From an uncultured Cytophagia bacterium (GTDB lineage: Bacteria > Zhuqueibacterota > Zhuqueibacteria > Residuimicrobiales > Krinioviventaceae): a DNA stretch of 64,000 nucleotides. Below are positions 9,631-19,120 of this stretch, piece after piece. The stretch is taken from the NCBI GenBank assembly GCA_964399735.1, contig CAYNSO010000003.1, positions 51,970-115,969 of the forward strand, given 5' to 3'. The translations under genes were made by a program, and so were the position numbers. Under the pieces are notes generated by a model, which was not told where the DNA came from, did no database searches, and saw only the letters and a list, made by a program, of their open reading frames with translations. Numbering within the stretch: position 1 is the stretch's first letter; each line of letters opens with the position of its first letter.

Positions 9631-10665
9631 TTATTTTACCGCCATGTCAATTTCATTATCTTTTATTTCTTTAATAACAGTAAGAGTGGATTTATTGCCA
9701 GGCGAACCCAGAATGAAAAAGACCGCTCCTGCCAGCGCGGAAATCCACAGAAAAACCAGTTGAATGATACCAAATACTACGGCATGTTCTGTGGCAACAT
9801 TGAACCAGGAAAAAAACACCACATACCCCGCTTCACGAATGCCATACCCGCCGATCGAAGGCAGCAGTTCAGCCACAAAGATCATGGGAATGACTATGGG
9901 GAAACTATACCAGGGCGCATTAAAGCCCAAAATCGCTTTGGCTATCAAATACCCTGTAAAAATAAAAATTACCTGGTTCAAAAACGAATAGACGCTGACC
10001 ATAAAAAAATCTTTGGGATATTTGCGGCTTTCCTGGAAAACCTGCATAAGATCTGTAATACTGTTCCAGAATTTCTGAAACGGCAGCTTTATGGCTATTT
10101 TTTGGTAAAGTTTAAAAAATTGTGGAGAAATAATAATAATTCCCAATATCACCAGCAAGATGGAAAGAACAATAACCGATGGCAGAGCATCCTGCAGCAT
10201 TGGAATGCTGGATGAGGCAATAATACATGCCGACAGGGCAATAAAAACAGTAACAAACATGCCGGAAAGCCGTTCAACCAGAATCGTACCCATAATACCA
10301 CCTAGCGAATACTTGTGGTTCCTGGCAATCACAATAGCACGAATTGCATCACCGCCGCGGCCGGTAGGTAAAAACGTGTTGAAAAAACCGCCGATCATAT
10401 AACCGTAAAAAGATTCACCAAAATTGAGAGCATAGCCGCTGATTTTACCAACAACCACCCAACGTAAAGCACACGGAATAAGACGTAAAAGATAAACTAA
10501 AAAAGCAATAATCAACAACAAAAAATTGATTTGGCTAAATTTATCTAGTACATCGTTCCACTTGACAGTAGAAGCAAACCAGCCGATAGCGCCTAACGAA
10601 AAAAATATTTTTATGAATAACCAAAAGATATTCGATCTGGATTTGCCGGGTATATTAATTGACAT
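9631..10665 (-). CDS. Flippase-like membrane protein (MprF flippase-domain / LPG_synthase_TM / UPF0104 family)
   Basis: 344 aa, about 8 TM helices. N-terminal basic stretch, then FLPTGRGGDAIRAIVIARNHKYS, which matches the G-x-D-x-x-R signature of the family. Confidence 0.6.
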   Translation of the reverse strand: MSINIPGKSRSNIFWLFIKIFFSLGAIGWFASTVKWNDVLDKFSQINFLLLIIAFLVYLLRLIPCALRWVVVGKISGYALNFGESFYGYMIGGFFNTFLPTGRGGDAIRAIVIARNHKYSLGGIMGTILVERLSGMFVTVFIALSACIIASSSIPMLQDALPSVIVLSILLVILGIIIISPQFFKLYQKIAIKLPFQKFWNSITDLMQVFQESRKYPKDFFMVSVYSFLNQVIFIFTGYLIAKAILGFNAPWYSFPIVIPMIFVAELLPSIGGYGIREAGYVVFFSWFNVATEHAVVFGIIQLVFLWISALAGAVFFILGSPGNKSTLTVIKEIKDNEIDMAVK

Positions 10666-10896
10666 AATTGTTCCGGTTGTAAAACAATAACATGTTATTT
10701 TTCACAGAGTTATATATAAGCTATATTATTTATACAGGCAGAAAAAAATTCTGCGGAATACCATTTTTACACATAAACAGCCCATATTTCCTGGCGGAAA
10801 TAATGGTCACCAAACCGGAATGCTGTTTTAATTATATACACAAAAGCATGCCATACAGATGACATGCTTTATTTTTCCAAATCACTGACCAATAAA

Positions 10897-11874
10897 CTAT
10901 TGGTCACTTTTCTCATGCGGTTGAAAAATTCGGATCAGCTGCCTTGAAAATGATTTGGCTTTGGGTGCGCTGTATTGAGCAATTTTACGGTTTATACCGT
11001 CAGCCATCATACCGATCAATAATATTTGCAAACCGGAAAACCACAAGATCAGCACACTGGAAGAAACGACTTTATGGGTGAGAAAATTCAAAGTAAAACC
11101 GCCAGCCTCTTCAAAAGCATAGATCACATCAAAAATAAATTTAATGCCGCCAATTGCCAGGGTAAACATCGCGGCCGGAATAAATATCTTTAACGGGTTG
11201 AACAACATGGACAAACGAATGACCAGGTTCATAAATTCAATAAAATTCCAGGGAACAATTTTGGATTTACCGGCACGCTGGTAATAATTGATGGGCACAT
11301 ATTCCACTTTATAATTATCACTTAAAAAAGCTACTGTAGATGTCGTTGTAAAAGAAAACCGATCGGAAAGAATATTTAGATATTGCATGATCAATTCTTT
11401 ACGGAATATACGCAGACCGGAATTGAGATCGGGAATGCGCTCTCCGGTAACATATTCTGCCAGCTTGCGCAACATCCATTTGGCAGGACGACGTACTAGT
11501 GGAATGGCAACATTTTCACCCTGTCGTGAGCCCACAACCATATCGGCATCCCTGATATAATCCAGCATTTTGGGAATTTGATCGGCAGGGTAGGTATTAT
11601 CGGCATCGGTAATGAGGATAAGTTCGTTCCTGGCAACCTGAATACCGGTTTTTAATGAGGCGCCATAACCACGATTCTTCAAGTGTTGCACGACAATTGC
11701 ATTGGTAGTACGCGCTTTTTCCACTGTTTTGTCTTTGGAACCATCGTCGACAATAATAATTTCATAACTAATACCGGTTTCGGTTAAAACCCGGTTCAAA
11801 TCCTCGACTACGGCAATAATTCCGTTTTCTTCATTAAAAGCTGGAATAACTACGGAAATAGCATTTTCCATCAA
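10897..11874 (-). CDS. GT2 polyprenyl-phosphate sugar synthase (GtrB/ArnC/DPM1-like)
   Basis: 325 aa. ISVVIPAFNEENG...IVDDGSKDKT...ITDADNTY (DxD), C-terminal TM helices. Confidence 0.8.
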   Translation of the reverse strand: MMENAISVVIPAFNEENGIIAVVEDLNRVLTETGISYEIIIVDDGSKDKTVEKARTTNAIVVQHLKNRGYGASLKTGIQVARNELILITDADNTYPADQIPKMLDYIRDADMVVGSRQGENVAIPLVRRPAKWMLRKLAEYVTGERIPDLNSGLRIFRKELIMQYLNILSDRFSFTTTSTVAFLSDNYKVEYVPINYYQRAGKSKIVPWNFIEFMNLVIRLSMLFNPLKIFIPAAMFTLAIGGIKFIFDVIYAFEEAGGFTLNFLTHKVVSSSVLILWFSGLQILLIGMMADGINRKIAQYSAPKAKSFSRQLIRIFQPHEKSDQ

Positions 11875-12464
11875 ATTTTCCTGTATTATTGTTTTGTATT
11901 TCTGCCTGCAAAGAATACAAGATAATACAAAATATGGAGATAATCAACTTTTTTATGTAAAAACACCCGGCAGGATATTAATAAAACGGCTCTATATTGT
12001 TTGTAGTGGGTAATTCTCCCACTATTTTATGTACAAGAATACAGTCATAAAGATCTGATTACTGCAACTTTTCGTTGAACGACATTAAATACATTAAACT
12101 GGTGTTTAAAGAAAAATATTGCCTGCCATCCATATAAAGAGTTTTAAACTAAACCTTATAAAGAATATACTTTAATCAATAAACCTCATAATAACAATTT
12201 TTTGAATGATTTTCTCCGCGTTCCCGGCGGCCGCTGCAGTAAAAAAAATGAAACCGCAAAGTACCCGGAGGACGCAGAGGGAAAAAAGAATAAAACTTTT
12301 TCAGGTATTTTCTATTTTTAAAGTACTAGAATACAATGATTTCATATTGAGCCTTTTATATTTTAACAATGGCTCAATCGGTAAAATTACCCACAGAAAA
12401 GCATATAGAACCAATAAAACTCGATATTACCACCTGCGCCAATGATCAGCTAAAATAACCAGGT

Positions 12465-13604
12465 TCAGGAGAATAATTTAAAATACCAGGCACGGAAACG
12501 ATCGGATTGGAGCAGGCGGTTTTGCCAAGTCATAATTTGATTGAATACCCAGCCACGCAGTGAACCGGTTTTCATTGCAAATGCAACAATCTTGCGCTGA
12601 CCGGTAGACCAGGCAAATTTATAATCCTCATCGCCAAATAAAAAATCAAATTCCTCCGCCCCGGCGGTAATCGCCTCGGTAATACGCTGAGCAAGAACAA
12701 CTTTGCCGGGACTGTATCGGTTCCATTCCGGTTCAAATCCTCCCTGGAAATACAACACCTTGTTCTGAAAAGTAAATGTGCCGATAGCGGCGATGGTTCT
12801 ATCATTGGAACTGATGGTATGAATGGCAATATAGCCACGTTTTTCCAGTTCACGCACCAGGTTTTGAAAACCGCAACGAATTGCATCGGTTGCAAAGGCG
12901 CCGAGTTGGTGTTTTTGCCGGATACGCTTCTGATGAAGATCCATCAATTGTTCCAGGGCTTGCTCCAGCCCCGGCCCATTTTTATACCCCTGGAACCGGC
13001 CGGGAAAATAACGATAAAGATTTTTCACTTCATAACGCACGGCTTTGGCGCGTTTGCTGCTCAGGGCATTCTGAAAATCCGACCAGTTCTTGTCAATTGA
13101 AATAAAAGGCGCCAAACCAATTTTCTGTATGCGGATAAATTCCCAAACCTTGTTTGTAAATAATTCCGGAGCGGTCAGTAGGGTAAAATCTTCACGAAGC
13201 AGCTTGAATTGCATAATATGCCAGTTCTTGCGCTGCGCCAGCAGCCACTCGGCAAAAGCGGGCAAAACAGAGTCCTGATAATTTTTATGGACAATAAAAT
13301 TTTGAAAATCACAGTATTTGACACAGCAAAAGCCAAGCTGTTTGATAACGACAGGGCCAATTTTTGTAATTCGATAACCAAGCGGCGCGCAGCCCACCAA
13401 TTCGCCTTTTTCATTACGAGCCAACGCCAGGTAAGGATGCACCTTGTCGGCAAAGATCTTCCACGCGTAAAACTGAAATACCCAGGTTTGAAAAACAGTC
13501 AAATCGGCGACGTTTTTTTCCAGTTCTTCCCACTCTTTTCTTAACTGAAAAAAGTCATTCTCTGTATCTGCGATAGTAATAGTAATTGCTGAAAACGACG
13601 ACAT
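12465..13604 (-). CDS. GNAT-fold acyltransferase of the FemAB/CelD-like (Acetyltransf_6) type
   Basis: 379 aa. Length and overall pattern resemble cellulose-biosynthesis CelD-like / FemAB-like GNAT proteins common in EPS loci. The call is by resemblance only. Confidence 0.45.
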   Translation of the reverse strand: MSSFSAITITIADTENDFFQLRKEWEELEKNVADLTVFQTWVFQFYAWKIFADKVHPYLALARNEKGELVGCAPLGYRITKIGPVVIKQLGFCCVKYCDFQNFIVHKNYQDSVLPAFAEWLLAQRKNWHIMQFKLLREDFTLLTAPELFTNKVWEFIRIQKIGLAPFISIDKNWSDFQNALSSKRAKAVRYEVKNLYRYFPGRFQGYKNGPGLEQALEQLMDLHQKRIRQKHQLGAFATDAIRCGFQNLVRELEKRGYIAIHTISSNDRTIAAIGTFTFQNKVLYFQGGFEPEWNRYSPGKVVLAQRITEAITAGAEEFDFLFGDEDYKFAWSTGQRKIVAFAMKTGSLRGWVFNQIMTWQNRLLQSDRFRAWYFKLFS

Positions 13605-13628
13605 GAATATCCTGACTATCCCTGTAAA

Positions 13629-14093
13629 TTAATGAATGCCGGGCACATCTTTGATTTTAACTGCCGGCACACCGGCAACGACGGTATCGGCAGGCACATC
13701 TTTGGTCACTACCGCTCCGGCAGCAACAATAGAGCGGTCGCCGATGGTTACTCCGGGTAATATAACCGCATTGGCGCCCAGCCACACATCATTACCGATA
13801 TGGATTGGACGGTTATCTTCCGGATATAATTTTGCCAACACGGAGAAATTCGGATCGGACTGGCCGACAATCACAACACCTGTGGCAATGGCAACCCGAT
13901 CGCCAATTACAACGTTGTTTTTTATAACCCCCTTTTCCGACATGGGGATAATAATGTTAACGCCAAAATTTATAACTACTTTTTCCCCGATTTTGACCCC
14001 GCATTTGCGAAACAGCGTGGTTCGCAGCCCGGGATGCGGACAATAAACAGCCAGCCAGCGCATCATTTCAGTAAATTGCTGGGTAAAGGTCAT
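13629..14093 (-). CDS. Hexapeptide-repeat (left-handed beta-helix) acetyltransferase
   Basis: 154 aa. Imperfect hexapeptide repeats (GVKIGEKVVINFGVNIII..., IGDRVAIATGVVIVG, IGNDVWLGANAVILPGVTIGDRSIV). 4-nt overlap with the downstream gene. Confidence 0.75.
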   Translation of the reverse strand: MTFTQQFTEMMRWLAVYCPHPGLRTTLFRKCGVKIGEKVVINFGVNIIIPMSEKGVIKNNVVIGDRVAIATGVVIVGQSDPNFSVLAKLYPEDNRPIHIGNDVWLGANAVILPGVTIGDRSIVAAGAVVTKDVPADTVVAGVPAVKIKDVPGIH

Positions 14094-15055
14094 ACCTCCT
14101 GCCCTCCTCTTTTAGCCAGTAATTTATCGCGATAGCGGAAAAAACTGCCGGCATAACGCCGGACCAGTACAGTTCCAAAGGAAATTCGACCTTTACCGGG
14201 CAAACAATGTAAAAACTGCGCTTCCAGCCTGACGATATATGCGGAATCACCGGTAAAATCATTGCCGGGTCTGCCCGGTAGTGCGCCCCACCAAAAGCCC
14301 TCATAGCCGAGTTTTCGACCGATGGCTAGCGCTTCATCAGTGCCAAAAAATTTGGGAAAGGCCAGATGCCGCACAGTTTTGCCCAGTTTTTTTTCAATTA
14401 TCTGTTTAGCCAAACCAAAATCGGTTTCCATATCCAGAGGCGTTTGCAAAAGGGATTGAATGACTCGATAGTCGGCGCCGGCAAGTTCCACAAACTCAGG
14501 CCAGCGCGGAACATAGCGATGTTCAAGAGTGTGCGACTGAAAATCAAAAACCCCGGAATTGTGCATTTCCTGTAATTGCTGCCATTGCAATGGCTTGAGA
14601 AAATGCTGTAATTCTGGTAACACCGGTTCGTGAAATCGCGGGGCAATAAATACCACCGCTTTATAACCAAACTGTTTTAGCAGTGGAAAAGCGATATCAT
14701 ACAAATTTTGCGCGCCATCGTCAAAAGTAATTACAATGCTTCTTTCCGGCGCCCTGCTTTCACCTTTAAGATGAGCAAGCAGTGTATCGGCGTCAATCGT
14801 AACATAGCAATTGGCCGCCAAATATTCAAGATCGAGCCTGAACTGTTGCGCAGTAACGGTATGGTAGCAAAAAACAGGAATACCTGATTTGCCAAACTTT
14901 GCTTTTTTACTAAAAACAAAACCGGGAATTCCACCGGTAAACGCCGCATGGACTTCCGGCCAGTTTTTTTCCCAAATATTGCGCATACCGGTAAACAGTG
15001 ACGCCATCACACTTTCCTGAAAACAGATGATCCGGTTGCAATACCGGATCATCAT
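14090..15055 (-). CDS. Polysaccharide deacetylase (CE4, NodB-homology)
   Basis: 321 aa. Contains the CE4 TFDDG motif (VITFDDGAQNLYDIAFPLLKQFGYKAVVF). No obvious signal peptide. Confidence 0.65.
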   Translation of the reverse strand: MMIRYCNRIICFQESVMASLFTGMRNIWEKNWPEVHAAFTGGIPGFVFSKKAKFGKSGIPVFCYHTVTAQQFRLDLEYLAANCYVTIDADTLLAHLKGESRAPERSIVITFDDGAQNLYDIAFPLLKQFGYKAVVFIAPRFHEPVLPELQHFLKPLQWQQLQEMHNSGVFDFQSHTLEHRYVPRWPEFVELAGADYRVIQSLLQTPLDMETDFGLAKQIIEKKLGKTVRHLAFPKFFGTDEALAIGRKLGYEGFWWGALPGRPGNDFTGDSAYIVRLEAQFLHCLPGKGRISFGTVLVRRYAGSFFRYRDKLLAKRGGQEV

Positions 15056-15145
15056 TCAATTTACAAAAATTAGTTAATGGAATAAGGTAAGATATTTTTG
15101 TAAAATTTAAAACACAATTTTACACAAATGCTGCCGCCAGGGTAA

Positions 15146-16765
15146 TTAATCAAACAACGGGGTCAGCATTAAATTTAACGGGGTCGCCGGTGGCGCCAGA
15201 TCCGCACTGCCGGTTGGTTTGTGTAAAACAATATACATACTGCCGGTAGTTGCTGAATTTGCGCCCAAATTAACCGTACCCTGGGCAAAATCTTTGCTAA
15301 GCATTTCAAATTCAACACCCGTATCGTCAATAACATATTTCCCGGTCGACGTCCATGAAGATAGCCACGAAGGTTTGGCAGGAATACGGGTATCGTAACC
15401 GACATATATAGTGGCATCTTGATTAATTGAATACGATAAAAACGGGCTGTCATATACTTTTTTATCGTCATTTGCCGTTTTAAGCCACACAAGCCCCCTG
15501 AATTCCGGTGGAATATAGTACAATGTATAGGTTCGGTCACTATAAAAAACAGAACCCTGCGTTAATGTCTTGTTCATTATATAGGATGAACCTGTACTAG
15601 CATTTATATTTGTAATTTCAAAGGAATCGTAATTGGTAAAATCCAGACAGGCTTCCCCTGCCGGTAAATTAATACCGGTCGCATTATATGACACCGGAAC
15701 AGCGCCTGCAGTAATTTCCTGACCCGGCTCATCACACCAGTTTTCTACGGTATTGACAAAATTCGACAACGTTTCCAGGTACTGTTCTTCCTCCGGATCA
15801 ACTCCCCAAATTGTTGCCAAACCCGCTGCACCGGCAATTAATTCCGAACGCATAAAATCCCAGTTTTTGGTTGGTTCACTATCACCATTCCACACCGCGG
15901 TATTACGGTAAACACCGTCGGTACTCCAGTAAACAAACGGAATTCCTTCTCTCTTGTATGCGTTTCCATCTTCGTCAATTACAAAATCAGCGCCTACTGC
16001 ACGAGCCTGCAGGGGATCCATGGTTTTTTCAATCGCATACAAATGCTTGATATTCGGATTAATCTGCGCGCCCTGCTGATTCATATAATCAATCGACCAT
16101 TTAAACCATTCGGCAACCTTGTAATTCCAGATAACTTTGATCTCCCACCCCGGACTATAATAAACATTAGGATATTGCCAGGTCTTTTCAATAATTTTTC
16201 GCATAATGTCCATCTGCACCTGTCTTGCCTCAACAACGGCAGGATCATTTGAAGTAACATCATAAAAGTCCATCGGGTCCTGAAGCGGGCCGGAATCATA
16301 ATTACATCGTCCGGTACAGGCGGCATTAAAAGAAAAGTTCCAGGGATAATTGATAAGCCCATAACCAAACAAAGATATACCGAAAACTACATCATTTTCA
16401 TAAGCTCTTTGAGCAATAGCCGCAATCTTGTCATAAAAAGAGTTCGGAGTGTTTTTTGTATAGGTCCAGGTACATGCGGTAAAGTTTTCAATCATAACCC
16501 AGACATGATTACCACCATAATTTTTCATTGTGTTGATAAAATTAAGATCAAAATCCATCACATGAAATTTATTATTGTTGGGTACTGAACACATTAAATA
16601 AATAGGTTCACCATTATATGACAGATAATTGGGATTTTTATCAAACACTTCCAACTGAGCTCCGGCATTATGAATAAGAGCAAGGAGAAGCAAAATTAGA
16701 ACGGTATATAATATAATATGATTTTTGTAATTACGAATGTACAGGGTATTCATTGGTTTCTCCAC
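15146..16765 (-). CDS. Secreted protein, possibly a glycoside hydrolase-like enzyme with a C-terminal beta-sandwich domain
   Basis: 539 aa. Clear N-terminal signal peptide (LYTVLILLLLALIHNAGAQ). The central region is rich in aromatic, Asn and Glu residues, compatible with a TIM-barrel glycosidase. The family was not recognised with certainty. Confidence 0.35.
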   Translation of the reverse strand: MEKPMNTLYIRNYKNHIILYTVLILLLLALIHNAGAQLEVFDKNPNYLSYNGEPIYLMCSVPNNNKFHVMDFDLNFINTMKNYGGNHVWVMIENFTACTWTYTKNTPNSFYDKIAAIAQRAYENDVVFGISLFGYGLINYPWNFSFNAACTGRCNYDSGPLQDPMDFYDVTSNDPAVVEARQVQMDIMRKIIEKTWQYPNVYYSPGWEIKVIWNYKVAEWFKWSIDYMNQQGAQINPNIKHLYAIEKTMDPLQARAVGADFVIDEDGNAYKREGIPFVYWSTDGVYRNTAVWNGDSEPTKNWDFMRSELIAGAAGLATIWGVDPEEEQYLETLSNFVNTVENWCDEPGQEITAGAVPVSYNATGINLPAGEACLDFTNYDSFEITNINASTGSSYIMNKTLTQGSVFYSDRTYTLYYIPPEFRGLVWLKTANDDKKVYDSPFLSYSINQDATIYVGYDTRIPAKPSWLSSWTSTGKYVIDDTGVEFEMLSKDFAQGTVNLGANSATTGSMYIVLHKPTGSADLAPPATPLNLMLTPLFD

Positions 16766-17055
16766 TGTTTATGGAACAAGCCGACTCTTTCACATACAGG
16801 TAAATATAGTTATTCTGAAAAATGTAAAGCAATCATTATGCCAGCACAAAAAACTTTGAGGAATAACACTTTTTCTTTTAAATTTACAACACCTTGCAAA
16901 TAATTGAAAATAATACAATTATAATGTGGTCTTACTTCCCGCAATAATCATTTTGAATAACACAATCACAAGCCGATAATTCTATCCCCTTAATGTCTCA
17001 TTTGTATTTCAATATTGTTGCTTAAACGGGGCAGTTTTTCCCCTCACGAAACAAT

Positions 17056-18114
17056 TTATCCCTGCTCTGGTGGTACAAAACTGTCTGCGGCTGCTGGCAA
17101 ATTGTAATTTTTGCCCCCTCGCATGGACAAACCATAGAGCAGGTAAAACACAAATCCGGGTATGGAAATTACAATAACCAGTAAAAAGGTAACAATGGAA
17201 AGCAGGAAAGCCGTGGAAATAGATACCCCAAGTTTACTCAAAAAGAACACAAATGCGCCTTCGCGCACGCCTATCCCGCCAATGGCCAGCGGCAGCATGG
17301 TAGCCAGGGTCACCAGAGGCACAATAACAATCCAGTATCTGACCCCGATATGAATATCAAAAGAAAGAGCGACGAAATATGAAATTGCTATACGGCTAAA
17401 CTGAAAAACAATAGAGACAAGGAATACTCTAAGAATAGCCAGCTTGTTGTTTTTGAAATCAATAATAGAATCATAAATCCTTTGCAGCAAGGTTATATAT
17501 TTTTCTGTTTTTGCCGGATTATAATGGAATTTTTTTAACAACACCTCTAACAAAATAATCAGATAGCGGGACAGGATTACGCCCCAAAATAACACAACAA
17601 TACAAACGACTATGGTGATGATAAACTGCCAGGTATTGTTTATAAAACCGGTCTTGATTGCCAACACCCCCATCAATACCACAAAAATCAGTGAAATAAT
17701 GCCCAGCAGCCGATCGACAACAACGGTTGAAATGGAATCGTGAGTGTTTTTAATATAACGCGACAAACTGTATGACCGCAACAGATCAATACCGAGGCTG
17801 GATGGCAGAAAAGTGCCGATAAAACTGCTGATATAATAAATTTTAAAAATTTCCCAAAAAGGCACCCGGATATTTTTAACCTGAAGAAGCATTCGCCATT
17901 TCACAGATTTAAGGATCAATTCGATCATGGTTGGAATGAGCGCCAGCAATATAAACTCATAGCGTAACGCACCAAGTGTAGATTTTGCAACGCTCCAGTC
18001 GATTTTATCAAGCAAATAAAGAAAAATGGCCCCGCTCAGGACCATTCTTCCCAAATACTTGAATATATTTTTATAATCCGGTTTCTTCATGCGGACAGGT
18101 TTAAAAGACTCCAA
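17056..18114 (-). CDS. Flippase-like membrane protein (MprF flippase-domain / UPF0104 family), second copy
   Basis: 352 aa, multi-TM. Signature FLPSSLGIDLLRSYSLSR (G-x-D-x-x-R). A hairpin (GGGG...CCCC, 17031-17044) followed by a weak U tract lies just downstream. Confidence 0.6.
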   Translation of the reverse strand: MESFKPVRMKKPDYKNIFKYLGRMVLSGAIFLYLLDKIDWSVAKSTLGALRYEFILLALIPTMIELILKSVKWRMLLQVKNIRVPFWEIFKIYYISSFIGTFLPSSLGIDLLRSYSLSRYIKNTHDSISTVVVDRLLGIISLIFVVLMGVLAIKTGFINNTWQFIITIVVCIVVLFWGVILSRYLIILLEVLLKKFHYNPAKTEKYITLLQRIYDSIIDFKNNKLAILRVFLVSIVFQFSRIAISYFVALSFDIHIGVRYWIVIVPLVTLATMLPLAIGGIGVREGAFVFFLSKLGVSISTAFLLSIVTFLLVIVISIPGFVFYLLYGLSMRGGKNYNLPAAADSFVPPEQG

Positions 18115-18119
18115 TTAAT

Positions 18120-19109
18120 TTATTTATCTTTATGAAACGCGCGTTCCAGGCATTCATCAAGGGAAAGTTCCGGGTACCAGTTCAATGTTTTTAAAAGCAG
18201 TGAACCGTCATAGCGAACATTTTTAAACTTGGTATTTAGCCGGTAACGCGTCAGACCGAATTTACCTTTCAAACCCGGTACCTTGTTTGCTATTTCGAAA
18301 CATAAACCCATTAATTTTAAAAATGTGAACGGTATGGGGACGACAATACTTTTCAAGCGCACAGCGCGCAGATAGTATTGTAAATATTCTTTGTAGGTAA
18401 TGGTTTTGGGATCAATAATATTATAAATTTTGCCATTCGTTTTATCATTTTCCAGCAGGCGGCTCATTGCTTCACAGGTGTTATAAATATACGTCAAAGG
18501 TAACAGTTTTTCCTCACAGCCGATGCGTAGAATGACCCGACCACCGGCAGCAGAAAAACCGAGGTGTGGGAAAAACATGTTACGGCGCGCACCATACACC
18601 AAACCAGGCCGGACAATGGTAACCGGCATAGCAGAGGATTTCATAAATTCCTGAACATATTGTTCGCTGATCGTTTTGGTATAGGCATAAGGGCCGGCCC
18701 GTTCCGGGAAGCGCTCCAGCGGAAAACTTTCATTGATCAAAGATTTTTTGGGAATGCTGTTCATATCATAAACCACCAGTGAACTGACATGGATAAATTT
18801 TTTAATACCCGCTTGTTGCGCCAGTTCCAGCATGTATTTGGTGCCCTCGATTGTGCCGCGTTTTTGCTCCTCAAATGTGCCAAAGGTAGTCGCCCCGGCA
18901 TGTATGACCATATCCACGTCATCCATAATTCCCTGCAGGGAGGCTTTATCACCCAGGTCGCCAACAAATATCTCTACCGGCATTTTTTCCAGAAATGTCC
19001 GGTTACTTTTCGGCCTGACCATGGCTTTAACCTGGTATTCTTTTTGTAACAAGACCTCAACAAGGCGGCTGCCTAAAAAACCGGAAGCGCCGGTTACCAG
19101 TACTTTCAT
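18120..19109 (-). CDS. NAD-dependent epimerase/dehydratase (SDR family)
   Basis: 329 aa. N-terminal VLVTGASGFLGSRL Rossmann motif. Confidence 0.8.
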   Translation of the reverse strand: MKVLVTGASGFLGSRLVEVLLQKEYQVKAMVRPKSNRTFLEKMPVEIFVGDLGDKASLQGIMDDVDMVIHAGATTFGTFEEQKRGTIEGTKYMLELAQQAGIKKFIHVSSLVVYDMNSIPKKSLINESFPLERFPERAGPYAYTKTISEQYVQEFMKSSAMPVTIVRPGLVYGARRNMFFPHLGFSAAGGRVILRIGCEEKLLPLTYIYNTCEAMSRLLENDKTNGKIYNIIDPKTITYKEYLQYYLRAVRLKSIVVPIPFTFLKLMGLCFEIANKVPGLKGKFGLTRYRLNTKFKNVRYDGSLLLKTLNWYPELSLDECLERAFHKDK

Positions 19110-19120
19110 GCTATGCTCCT

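Noticed and set aside
12206-12445. 79-aa ORF in the 590-nt AT-rich gap between the two polysaccharide sub-operons
   Set aside because: No RBS and a low-complexity basic translation. Opposite orientation to all surrounding genes. More likely a non-coding promoter region for the downstream minus-strand operon.
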